From: an uncultured Eubacteriales bacterium
GTDB taxonomy: Bacteria; Bacillota; Clostridia; TANB77; RGIG9151
DNA: 11,836 bases
Assembly: GCA_964631135.1 (NCBI GenBank)
Contig: CAZVVZ010000016.1
Location: forward strand, 3,252-15,087
Reading direction: 5' to 3'
The position numbers were made by a program, and so were the translations under genes. Below are positions 1-7,519 of the stretch, one piece after another. Every line of letters starts with the position of its first letter. Positions within the stretch are counted from its first letter, which is position 1. The notes under the pieces are model-generated. The model was not told where the DNA came from. It did not search any database and was given only the letters and a program-made list of their open reading frames with translations.

Positions 1-158
1 TTACCGATTTGTGCCGCTGTTGCTTTATCAGCTCTTACCTGCATTCTCTGTTGAATTCCTGAGAAATTAGGAATTGCAATTAACATAATTATTGCTAAGA
101 TTGCTATAACAATAATTAGTTCTACTAGGGTAAACCCTTTGTTACTTGTTTTTTTCAT
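1..158 (-). CDS. Type IV pilin / pseudopilin, N-terminal part only (CDS continues past the left edge of the window)
   Basis: My reverse-complement translation from the ATG at 158..156 gives MKKTSNKGFTLVELIIVIAILAIIMLIAIPNFSGIQQRMQVRADKATAAQIG. This is a canonical class III (prepilin) signal: a short basic leader ending in G, a cleavage site G|FTLVE with Glu at +5, then a hydrophobic helix. A strong SD, GGAGGAAG (complement of 163-170), lies 7 nt upstream of the ATG. The ORF track omits it because the ORF is truncated by the window edge. Confidence 0.85.
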   Translation of the reverse strand, partial: MKKTSNKGFTLVELIIVIAILAIIMLIAIPNFSGIQQRMQVRADKATAAQIG

Positions 159-195
159 ATTACTTCCTCCTTTAATTTAATGCAATATATACACA

Positions 196-212
196 TTCTC
201 TAATTTAGAGAA
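196..212. repeat. 17-bp near-perfect palindrome (TTCTCTAA-N-TTAGAGAA) in the pilC-pilin intergenic region
   Basis: Read directly: ttctctaatttagagaa at 196-212 is its own reverse complement except at the central base. It lies in the 66-bp gap between the pilC stop (225-227) and the pilin start (158). It could be a dimeric regulator site or a weak AT-rich RNA hairpin. On the minus strand no U-tract follows it, so it is not a classic intrinsic terminator. Confidence 0.3.
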
Positions 213-224
213 ATAGTATCAAAA

Positions 225-1442
225 TCAATAACTTAATGTATTGTATAATGTAAACATCGGTTCTAATACAGACATTACTATAAATCCGACAGAGCCTGCT
301 AAAATTATAATTATAAGTGGTTCTAACAACGTAGTAAGTCTTTCGGATAAATTCTCAACTTCTTCGTCATAAAAATCAGCACATTTATCCATCATCTCAT
401 CTAATGCACCGGTTTCTTCACCTGTTTTTATTAACGAAACAACCATTTTCGGAAATAGCTTCATATTCTGAATCGGTATAGATAACGACTTACCGGCTGA
501 AACTTCATCAGCCACTTTCATAAGGCCTCTTTCCACGACTTTGTTATTAACAACTTTAGCCGAATACTCAATAGATTTTAGCATAGGTACACCGGTTCTA
601 ACCATAATACTGAGTGTCCTCGTAAATCTTGCTACTATAGATTTTAATAGAATATTTTTTAATATAGGTAACCTCATCAAAAGCGAGTCTTTCTTTAATC
701 TTCCTTTCGGAGTAGAAATATATTTACTTATAGCAAAAATAACCACCGCTATTGTAGCAAATACTGCCCACCACCACTTATTCAAGAAATTACTTAAATT
801 TATTAGCATCTGAGTAGACCAAGGTAATTCTACACCCATACTGTCAAACATAGTCACGAACTGAGGTACAACCTGTGTTACCAATATGTATATAACAACT
901 ATCGTTACTACTATTACAACACACGGATAAATCATAGCATTCTTAACCTTGCCTGCGACTTTATTATCCTTCTCATAATATGTCGCCATACGTTCCATAA
1001 CATCGTCTAAGAATCCACCTGCTTCTCCTGCCTCAACCATGTTTACAAACAAGTCCGGTAACCTGTTTGTATTTCGCATCGCTTGAGATAACGAAAGCCC
1101 TTTTAAAACTTCTTGATAAACCTTGTCTATAACATTTCTTGTATTCTTCTTATCAAGCTGTTCTCTTAAAATATCAAGAGCCGCAGATACCGAAACACCT
1201 GCTTTTAAGAGCATCGAAAACTGACGTGAAAATAAAGCTACCTGCTTAGGCGATAATACACTGTTTGAAAAAAGTTCTATGTCTTTATCGAAAATGGTTT
1301 CTTCTTTTATAGATACTAAGTAGCTCCCTTTTGACTTAACCATAGAAGAAACAGCTTCACTACTCGGCCCTTCTATTTTCTGTTTAACTCTCTGTCCATC
1401 CGAAGAAATAAGGACACATACATACTTAGGCAATATTTTCAC
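225..1442 (-). CDS. pilC: Type IV pilus assembly platform protein, GspF/PilC (T2SS-F) family
   Basis: The 405-aa ORF has the usual PilC architecture. It has a soluble N-terminus (YVCVLISSDGQRVKQKIEGPSSEAVSSMVKSKGSYLVSI) and two T2SS-F-type repeats (FSRQFSMLLKAGVSVSAALDIL and FTRTLSIMVRTGVPMLKSIEY). There are three hydrophobic TM segments (AMIYPCVVIVVTIVVIYILV, WWWAVFATIAVVIFAI, LLEPLIIIILAGSVGFIVMSVL). A pilin gene lies directly downstream. The start is uncertain: the codon at 1442..1440 is GTG and abuts AAAGGA with no spacing, whereas the TTG at 1433..1431 lies about 8 nt after GGAG and is probably the true start. Confidence 0.9.
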   Translation of the reverse strand: MKILPKYVCVLISSDGQRVKQKIEGPSSEAVSSMVKSKGSYLVSIKEETIFDKDIELFSNSVLSPKQVALFSRQFSMLLKAGVSVSAALDILREQLDKKNTRNVIDKVYQEVLKGLSLSQAMRNTNRLPDLFVNMVEAGEAGGFLDDVMERMATYYEKDNKVAGKVKNAMIYPCVVIVVTIVVIYILVTQVVPQFVTMFDSMGVELPWSTQMLINLSNFLNKWWWAVFATIAVVIFAISKYISTPKGRLKKDSLLMRLPILKNILLKSIVARFTRTLSIMVRTGVPMLKSIEYSAKVVNNKVVERGLMKVADEVSAGKSLSIPIQNMKLFPKMVVSLIKTGEETGALDEMMDKCADFYDEEVENLSERLTTLLEPLIIIILAGSVGFIVMSVLEPMFTLYNTLSY

Positions 1443-1631
1443 TCCTTTATAACCGATTACAGAAAATATATCGGCAAGACCCTATTAAACTTTAGCTTTC
1501 TCAATATTTTTTTTGAAAAAAATCGAAAAAATTTAACTTTTTACTAATTTTATTCTACCTTTTTCTACAAAACCCTTTTGACAAAATTCGAATAATAATT
1601 TCTAGGTAGCCTACTAAACGAAATAATGTAT
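1443..1631 (-). promoter_or_regulatory. Largest non-coding gap in the window; probable promoter/leader region for the pilC-pilin unit (no precise -35/-10 assigned)
   Basis: This is a 189-bp very AT-rich spacer between the mutS stop (1632-1634) and the pilC start. It contains T8-G-A7 at 1507-1522 and A6 at 1526-1531, spaced about one helical turn apart. Minus-strand hexamers resembling -35 (TTGTCA, TTGAGA, TTGCCG) and -10 (TAGAAT, TAAAAT, TATATT) are present. None pair with 16-18 bp spacing, so I call only the region. Confidence 0.3.
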
Positions 1632-4229
1632 CTAGCCGGGCAGTTCTTCTTTTAATTTATATAAAATATTTAATGCATCAATCGGTGTGACCCCATTCAA
1701 GTCCAATCTCTCTAGTTCATCGGCAATCTTTGCCCCTTTTAGATTGAACATATCTACCTGCCCGATTACAGGTGCGGATTTTTTTATATCTTTAGTATGT
1801 TTTTTACTTATATCCGCATCTTCTAACTGTTTCATAACTTCTTTTGCACGATTTACAACAGCATACGGAACACCTGCTAATTTTGCAACATGAATTCCGT
1901 AACTTCCGTCAGCTCCTCCACGCAAAATCTTCCGTAAAAAAATCACATCTTCGCCTTTCTCCTTAACGGAGATACAATAATTTTTAACACCTTCGATTTT
2001 ATTTTCCAGTTCAGTAAGTTCATGATAATGTGTAGCAAAAAGTGTTCTTGCATGTATCTTTTCACTTATATGCTCAACTACTGCCCATGCAATACTAAGC
2101 CCGTCGAAAGTACTCGTTCCTCTACCTATTTCGTCTAAAATTATTAGGCTGTTTGATGTAGCATTATTTAAAATATTAGCAACTTCAGACATTTCCACCA
2201 TAAAAGTAGACTGCCCCATAGCAAGGTCATCTGATGCTCCGACACGAGTAAAAATTCTATCTGCAATTCCGATTTTTGCGAAATCTGCAGGTACAAAGCT
2301 TCCTATCTGTGCCATTAACGTAATCAATGCTACCTGCCTCATATATGTAGATTTACCTGCCATATTAGGCCCCGTAATTATATTTATTTTATTATCATCA
2401 AAATCTAAAAATGTATCATTCGGAACAAACTCACCTTCCGAAATACACTTTTCAACAACAGGATGCCTTCCGTCTTTTATTTCAATTATTCCACAGTCGT
2501 CCACAACAGGTTTTACATAGTTATTTTTATCGGCAGTTTCTGAAAGTGAAACTAAAACGTCAACATTAGCAATCACTGTTGCTGTTTTCTGCAATCTTTC
2601 AACTTGAAGAGCCACAAAATTCCTTACTTCGCAAAACAAATCATATTCCAATGATATAATTTTTTCTTCAGCTCCCATTATAGTTTCTTCAAGCTCTTTT
2701 AATTCCTGAATTATATATCTTTCTTTATCCGCTAAAGTCTGTTTTCTTATATACTCCGGCGGAACCAGATCAAAGTATGAACGTGTTACTTCTATATAGT
2801 ACCCAAAAACTTTATTAAAAGCGATTTTTAAGTTCTTTATTCCGGTTCGCTCTCTTTCTTTACTTTCTAATTCCGCTATTATGTTTTTTCCGTTAGAACC
2901 GATATATCTTAACTTATCTACCTCTTCGTTATATCCGGTTTTAATTAAGTTGCCTTCTTTAGTAGAAATAGGTGCCTCATCTATAATTGCTTTTTCAATC
3001 AGCTCTACAACATCCGTTAATAAATCAACGTTAGAAACAAGTTTTTTTATAAGCCCGTCATCAATTTTTTCTAAAATACCTTTTAATTCCGGTAACATCT
3101 TTAATGAAAGTTTTAATGCTACTAAATCTCTTGCATTTGCACTCCCATATACCACTCTTCCCGTAAGCCTTTCAATATCATAAATTTTATTAAGCTTTTC
3201 TATTATGTCCGATCTCATAATCGGATTATTTTTTAAGAATTCTACAGCATTTAATCTTTCATTTATATTATTTACATCAATTAACGGTCTGTCCACCCAA
3301 CTATGAAGCAGTCTTGCTCCCATAGCGGTGTTTGTGTTATCCAAAACCCATAGTAAGCTTCCCTTTTTATTTTTATCTCTTAAGGTCTCTGTAATTTCAA
3401 GGTTTCTTCTTGATGATATATCTATTTTCATAAATTTATCCGACTCATATACTTCTAAATGATTTATATGTAAAAGACTGGTTTTCTGAATCTCAATTAA
3501 GTACTTTAATAATGCACCGGTCGCAACATATGCCATAGAAAATCTTTCTTTATTTTCGGTAAAATTGTCTATCTGCTTTTTTATTAACTCAATCGCCATT
3601 TCTCTGTTAAAAAACTCTTCATTTAAGTTGGAGATGTATAATCCGAATCTTTTCCTTATCGCATCAATTTCAGATTTACTTTCAAACATCAATGGGCTTA
3701 CTATCATCTCTGAAGGCTTAATTCTCGCAATTTCATCTAAAAGATTAAAAAAACTGTTAATCCCTAAAAATTCCGTACAAGAAATTTCACCGGTACTAAC
3801 GTCAGCATTTGCAAATCCAAAGTTATTTCCTAATTTATATATAGAACAAATATAATTATTATTTTTTTCATCTAACATAACTGCATCCGTAACAGTTCCC
3901 GGTGTCACAACTCTAACAATTTCTCTTTTTACTAAACCTTTTGCCAGTTTAGGGTCTTCAATCTGCTCACAAATAGCAATTTTGTAGCCTTTTTTTATAA
4001 GCCTTGAAATATATGTATCTACCGCATGATATGGTATCCCACACATCGGTGCTCTCTCCTCAAGCCCGCAGTCCTTCCCCGTTAACGTTAATTCTAATTC
4101 CTTCGACATCAAAATAGCATCATCAAAAAACATCTCATAAAAATCACCTAGTCTAAAAAATAGAATTGAATCCTTGTTTGCTTCTTTTATTTCTAAATAC
4201 TGTTTCATCATCGGTGTTACTTCTGCCAT
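1632..4229 (-). CDS. mutS: DNA mismatch repair protein MutS
   Basis: The 865-aa ORF has a canonical N-terminal mismatch-binding region (TPMMKQYLEIKEANKDSILFFRLGDFYEMFFDDA). It also has Walker A GPNMAGKST, Walker B LIILDEIGRGTST and a downstream FATHYHEL motif. The start is ATG at 4229..4227, preceded by GAAGGAGA. Confidence 0.97.
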   Translation of the reverse strand: MAEVTPMMKQYLEIKEANKDSILFFRLGDFYEMFFDDAILMSKELELTLTGKDCGLEERAPMCGIPYHAVDTYISRLIKKGYKIAICEQIEDPKLAKGLVKREIVRVVTPGTVTDAVMLDEKNNNYICSIYKLGNNFGFANADVSTGEISCTEFLGINSFFNLLDEIARIKPSEMIVSPLMFESKSEIDAIRKRFGLYISNLNEEFFNREMAIELIKKQIDNFTENKERFSMAYVATGALLKYLIEIQKTSLLHINHLEVYESDKFMKIDISSRRNLEITETLRDKNKKGSLLWVLDNTNTAMGARLLHSWVDRPLIDVNNINERLNAVEFLKNNPIMRSDIIEKLNKIYDIERLTGRVVYGSANARDLVALKLSLKMLPELKGILEKIDDGLIKKLVSNVDLLTDVVELIEKAIIDEAPISTKEGNLIKTGYNEEVDKLRYIGSNGKNIIAELESKERERTGIKNLKIAFNKVFGYYIEVTRSYFDLVPPEYIRKQTLADKERYIIQELKELEETIMGAEEKIISLEYDLFCEVRNFVALQVERLQKTATVIANVDVLVSLSETADKNNYVKPVVDDCGIIEIKDGRHPVVEKCISEGEFVPNDTFLDFDDNKINIITGPNMAGKSTYMRQVALITLMAQIGSFVPADFAKIGIADRIFTRVGASDDLAMGQSTFMVEMSEVANILNNATSNSLIILDEIGRGTSTFDGLSIAWAVVEHISEKIHARTLFATHYHELTELENKIEGVKNYCISVKEKGEDVIFLRKILRGGADGSYGIHVAKLAGVPYAVVNRAKEVMKQLEDADISKKHTKDIKKSAPVIGQVDMFNLKGAKIADELERLDLNGVTPIDALNILYKLKEELPG

Positions 4230-4266
4230 TGTGTTAAGTCTCCTTCTATTTTAAATTCCTGCCTAT

Positions 4267-6069
4267 TTATTTAAACTCCGCAAATTCTTCATTTAACATT
4301 GTAACTTTATTTTTAATTTCAATGCTGTCTTCCGTATTCTCCAGTCCGAGTATATAATTTTTATATTTTCCTTCTTCAGCTTCGGTAGCCGGATATATAA
4401 CTTTTTTAAATCTAATACATGACTTCTTTATACATTCATTTAAATATCCGTTTTTATCTTTTTCAAATGTCATCATAAGCCTATTAACATCAGGGATTTT
4501 TAAAAATTCTCCGAAATAGTCTTGTCCGGTTTCAAGAGTTAAAATTTTGGCTATTTTTAATATCTGAGCCGTACGAACAACTTCTACTTTTCCCAGCTCC
4601 ATTTCTCCATTATCCCGAAGCTCTACATTCTTTAAGAAATTTTCAAATCTATTATAATATAAGGCATTTATAACCTCATCTATATCTATTTTTTCATTAT
4701 CAGCTCTTTTACTGTACTCGTCTTCACTTTCTATAGCATCATATACTCCAATTAAAGATTCTGCAAACATTTTTCGTCTCTTTGATACATCACGAGATAA
4801 TACTTCTCTGGTTCCTCTTACGAATCCGCCCTCACGTAAAAGCTTATCTGCTATTGGATTTAATATTACTCCATTTCTAAAACGTATAATGGAGTTTATA
4901 TTTTTTTTCAATTCGTCTTTTATTTCTTGTGACGTCTCAAGCTCTTCTCCGCTATACTTCACCGCATATTCTAATTTTTCTTGTACTTTTGTGTTAAAAT
5001 ACTTTTCCATTCCTGATAAAAAGCCCTGTAATGAAATCACTCCATACTTTTCTGACAGTTCATTATAATCTTTAGCTGTTGCCGTCTCAAGAACACTTGA
5101 AATAAGTTCATAGTAAAACATCTGGCAATCAGCATATTCTTTTTCCAAATCGGAAATAAAATCGCTGCTTTCTGTACCTATGGAAGAATGTTTATGAATA
5201 ATTTTTCTTAAATATTGCATCATTTCATCAAACAATTCCTGTAAATTTTTCTTTAATCCGTCACTATTATACTTCTTTTCAAAAATAGGAAATGTGTATA
5301 AAATATTGCGATGTTTATTTATTTCGTTTTCGCATAAATAGTTATATAGCTTATTTCGACTATATATTTCACCTTTATATTTTATTTTCCCAATTTTTGA
5401 AAACACAAATTCCCTTTTCCCGATTTCCTTTTTGCTAATATTATTTTTAACTAAATCAAGAATATCCGAGCCATCAACCAATTCCAAAACTTTATGATGT
5501 GCATATTCTTCTGCTGCTTCTTCAAACGAAAAAAACATATGATTTTCTTTATAGAAATCCTGTCCCAGCATTTCCTTTAAAAGGAGTTCTGTTGAGGCCG
5601 CAAAAATTTCAGGGCTGAGATACCCTCTTAATATTCCTTTTAGTTTTACTGCATAATCAGCCTGATGATATATAGTAATCAATAACTCTGCTATACCGTC
5701 TAGCCTGGTACCGACTTCTTTCTTGCCGAAATATTTCATAATAAAATACATAGGATCAAAATAAAAGTTTATATCATTTCCCACCGTATCTGAGCACTCA
5801 CAAAATGCAGCTTCTACACTATTCCATGAGCTATTCGGCAAATTATCCGCCACAATCTGAGGTAAAAGTTCCAATCTATTATTTTTTATTTCGCATTGAA
5901 ATGAAATATCATACTTATCGCATTCTATTTCTATAAGCTTCCTAAAAAAATTAAACACTTCATCACTATCTTCTTTGCTACAAAAAGCTTTTTCTCTTAT
6001 TTTTTCAGAAAATAGTTTAATTATCTCTCTTTGAGTATCATTATTCTCATAAATATTAACAGATTGCAC
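4267..6069 (-). CDS. Hypothetical protein, 600 aa, no recognisable family; predicted cytoplasmic and largely helical
   Basis: This is a long uninterrupted ORF in an AT-rich genome where stop codons are frequent by chance. It is on the same strand as all its neighbours. A strong SD, GGAGGAG (complement of 6075-6081), lies about 5-7 nt before a GTG start (6069..6067). The gaps to miaB (29 bp) and mutS (37 bp) are tight. I could find no P-loop, HExxH, GHKL/MutL motifs, signal peptide or TM helix. Confidence 0.75.
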   Translation of the reverse strand: MQSVNIYENNDTQREIIKLFSEKIREKAFCSKEDSDEVFNFFRKLIEIECDKYDISFQCEIKNNRLELLPQIVADNLPNSSWNSVEAAFCECSDTVGNDINFYFDPMYFIMKYFGKKEVGTRLDGIAELLITIYHQADYAVKLKGILRGYLSPEIFAASTELLLKEMLGQDFYKENHMFFSFEEAAEEYAHHKVLELVDGSDILDLVKNNISKKEIGKREFVFSKIGKIKYKGEIYSRNKLYNYLCENEINKHRNILYTFPIFEKKYNSDGLKKNLQELFDEMMQYLRKIIHKHSSIGTESSDFISDLEKEYADCQMFYYELISSVLETATAKDYNELSEKYGVISLQGFLSGMEKYFNTKVQEKLEYAVKYSGEELETSQEIKDELKKNINSIIRFRNGVILNPIADKLLREGGFVRGTREVLSRDVSKRRKMFAESLIGVYDAIESEDEYSKRADNEKIDIDEVINALYYNRFENFLKNVELRDNGEMELGKVEVVRTAQILKIAKILTLETGQDYFGEFLKIPDVNRLMMTFEKDKNGYLNECIKKSCIRFKKVIYPATEAEEGKYKNYILGLENTEDSIEIKNKVTMLNEEFAEFK

Positions 6070-6098
6070 TCTAGCTCCTCCAATTCGTTATTAAATAA

Positions 6099-7502
6099 CT
6101 AAATTTCCCCTGTTAAGTACCATTTTCTCTGTTCAGTAATCTTTAATTCTACTATTTTTCCTATAAGTGCATCTTCTCCGTTAAAATTAACTACTTTTCC
6201 TCCATCAGTTCTTCCTGTTAACATTGCTTCGTTTGTTTTACTGTATCCTTCTACTAAAACTTTCTGAGTAGTACCGACAAGTTTAGTATTTTCCTCTTCT
6301 AATATTTCATTAACCAGATTTATAAGCCTTCCTATTCTTTCTGATTTTACTTTTTCATCTACCTGATTCTCCATCTTTTCGGCAGGAGTCCCAACACGCT
6401 TTGAGTAGACGAAAGTAAATGCCGAATAATATCTTACTTTTCTTACAACATCCATAGTATCTAAAAAGTCTTCTTCGGTTTCTCCCGGAAATCCGACTAT
6501 TATATCTGTTGTAAATAATACGTTAGGTATTTTCTTCCTTATTTTTTCAGCCAACTCTAAATACTGTTCCTTAGTGTATTTTCTATTCATGCTTTTTAAT
6601 ATTCTAGAACTACCTGACTGTAGCGGAAGGTGAACACATTTTGATATTTTTTCTTCTCTTGCAATTATTTCAATAAGCTCATCCGAAAAATCTTTAGGAT
6701 GAGGACTTACAAACCTTATTCGTTCTATTCCGTCAATTTTCGCCACTTTTTCCAAAAGCTCGGCAAATGTCATTGGAACTTCTAAATCTTTTCCATAAGA
6801 GTTTACATTCTGCCCAAGCAAAGTTATTTCTTTATATCCTTCTTTTGAAAGTTGCTCTACTTCTTTAATTATGCTTTCCGGCATACGGCTTCTTTCTCTG
6901 CCTCTGACATATGGCACTATACAGTAAGAGCAAAAATTGTTACAGCCATACATTATAGTTACTGAAGCTTTAATTGCACTATCCCTTTTAATCGGTATAT
7001 CTTCAGCTATCGTTCCGTCAATATCCCATATTTCAATCATTTTTTTATTTTCATTTATTGATTTATATAATAATTCGGGAAATTTATATAAGTTATGTGT
7101 GCCAAAAATTATATCTAAATGCTGTCCATATGTATTATTAAATTTTTCCACCATATGCGGTTCTTGAGCCATACAACCGCCAAGTGCGATAATCATATCA
7201 GGTCTGCTTCTTTTTAATGATTTAAAATATCCAAGTTGCCCTAAAATCTTATCTTCGGCATTTTCTCTAACACAACAAGTATTAAATACAACTAAATCTG
7301 CCTCTTCGGCATTTTCAGTAAAACTGTATCCCATTTCGGTTATCATACCTGCAAGCTTTTCCGATTCATTCTCATTAAGCTGACAGCCCATTGTGTATAT
7401 GTGATATTTTTTATTGCTTATTAAATCAGAAACTTTTTTTATATATTCTTTTTGCTCATCTATTTCATTTTTGGTTAATACTTTAACTGCCACTAACTCC
7501 AA
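6099..7502 (-). CDS. miaB: tRNA-i6A37 methylthiotransferase MiaB (radical SAM MTTase)
   Basis: N-terminal MTTase cysteines are present (TMGCQLNENESE, FNTCCVRENAE, LGGCMAQE). The radical-SAM motif is CNNFCSYCIVPYVRGRERS. The C-terminus is TRAM-like (KVLVEGYSKTNEAMLTGRTDGGKVVNF...IVELKITE). The ORF-track start at 7502..7500 is TTG, lying 1 nt after AAAGGA. The GTG at 7493..7491 has more normal spacing, so the start is uncertain by 3 codons. Confidence 0.93.
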   Translation of the reverse strand: MELVAVKVLTKNEIDEQKEYIKKVSDLISNKKYHIYTMGCQLNENESEKLAGMITEMGYSFTENAEEADLVVFNTCCVRENAEDKILGQLGYFKSLKRSRPDMIIALGGCMAQEPHMVEKFNNTYGQHLDIIFGTHNLYKFPELLYKSINENKKMIEIWDIDGTIAEDIPIKRDSAIKASVTIMYGCNNFCSYCIVPYVRGRERSRMPESIIKEVEQLSKEGYKEITLLGQNVNSYGKDLEVPMTFAELLEKVAKIDGIERIRFVSPHPKDFSDELIEIIAREEKISKCVHLPLQSGSSRILKSMNRKYTKEQYLELAEKIRKKIPNVLFTTDIIVGFPGETEEDFLDTMDVVRKVRYYSAFTFVYSKRVGTPAEKMENQVDEKVKSERIGRLINLVNEILEEENTKLVGTTQKVLVEGYSKTNEAMLTGRTDGGKVVNFNGEDALIGKIVELKITEQRKWYLTGEI

Positions 7503-7519
7503 ATCCTTTCTGATAAAAA

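Noticed and set aside
541-813. Plus-strand 90-aa ORF inside pilC
   Set aside because: It lies entirely antisense to a well-supported PilC coding region. Its translation is low-complexity and hydrophobic (I/L/F/T-rich), as expected from the reverse frame of an AT-rich gene. It has no SD or family signature.
1578-1583. Perfect TTGACA hexamer on the plus strand in the mutS-pilC spacer
   Set aside because: There is no acceptable -10 at 16-18 bp (TCTAGG at 17 bp). A plus-strand transcript from here would only run antisense into mutS, and no plus-strand gene follows.
1603-1613. Possible intrinsic terminator downstream of mutS
   Set aside because: The stem is only 4 bp (TAGG/CCTA) with a 3-nt loop and no following U-run on the minus strand. 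That is too weak to call.
1443-1631. A c-di-GMP riboswitch or other structured leader upstream of the pilus genes, as known for some clostridial pilin operons
   Set aside because: The spacer is almost entirely A/T, with no G/C-rich paired helices or conserved GEMM-type elements that I can recognise. A covariance-model scan would be needed to exclude it formally.
1687-3855. Plus-strand ORFs 1687-1893, 2881-3183 and 3565-3855 (68-100 aa) inside mutS
   Set aside because: These are antisense shadow ORFs within mutS with S/I/L/F-rich, low-information translations. I saw no ribosome-binding sites or recognisable motifs.
4901-4908. A8 homopolymer on the coding strand within the orphan (encoding LKKNI) as a possible slipped-strand phase-variation tract
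   Set aside because: Runs of 7-8 A/T are common throughout this window, for example in mutS around 3860 and 1779-1785 and in the intergenic T8 at 1507-1514. Eight bases is short for a contingency locus. I consider it compositional.
4267-6069. Possibility that the 600-aa protein is a divergent MutL, given its size and position next to mutS
   Set aside because: None of the GHKL ATPase motifs are present (ExxxNSxDA, DNGxG, GFRGEAL-type). It also lies upstream rather than downstream of mutS, and nothing resembles the MutL C-terminal dimerisation or endonuclease motif DQHA(x)2E(x)4E.
6937-7167. Plus-strand 76-aa ORF inside miaB
   Set aside because: It is an antisense shadow of miaB with no independent support.
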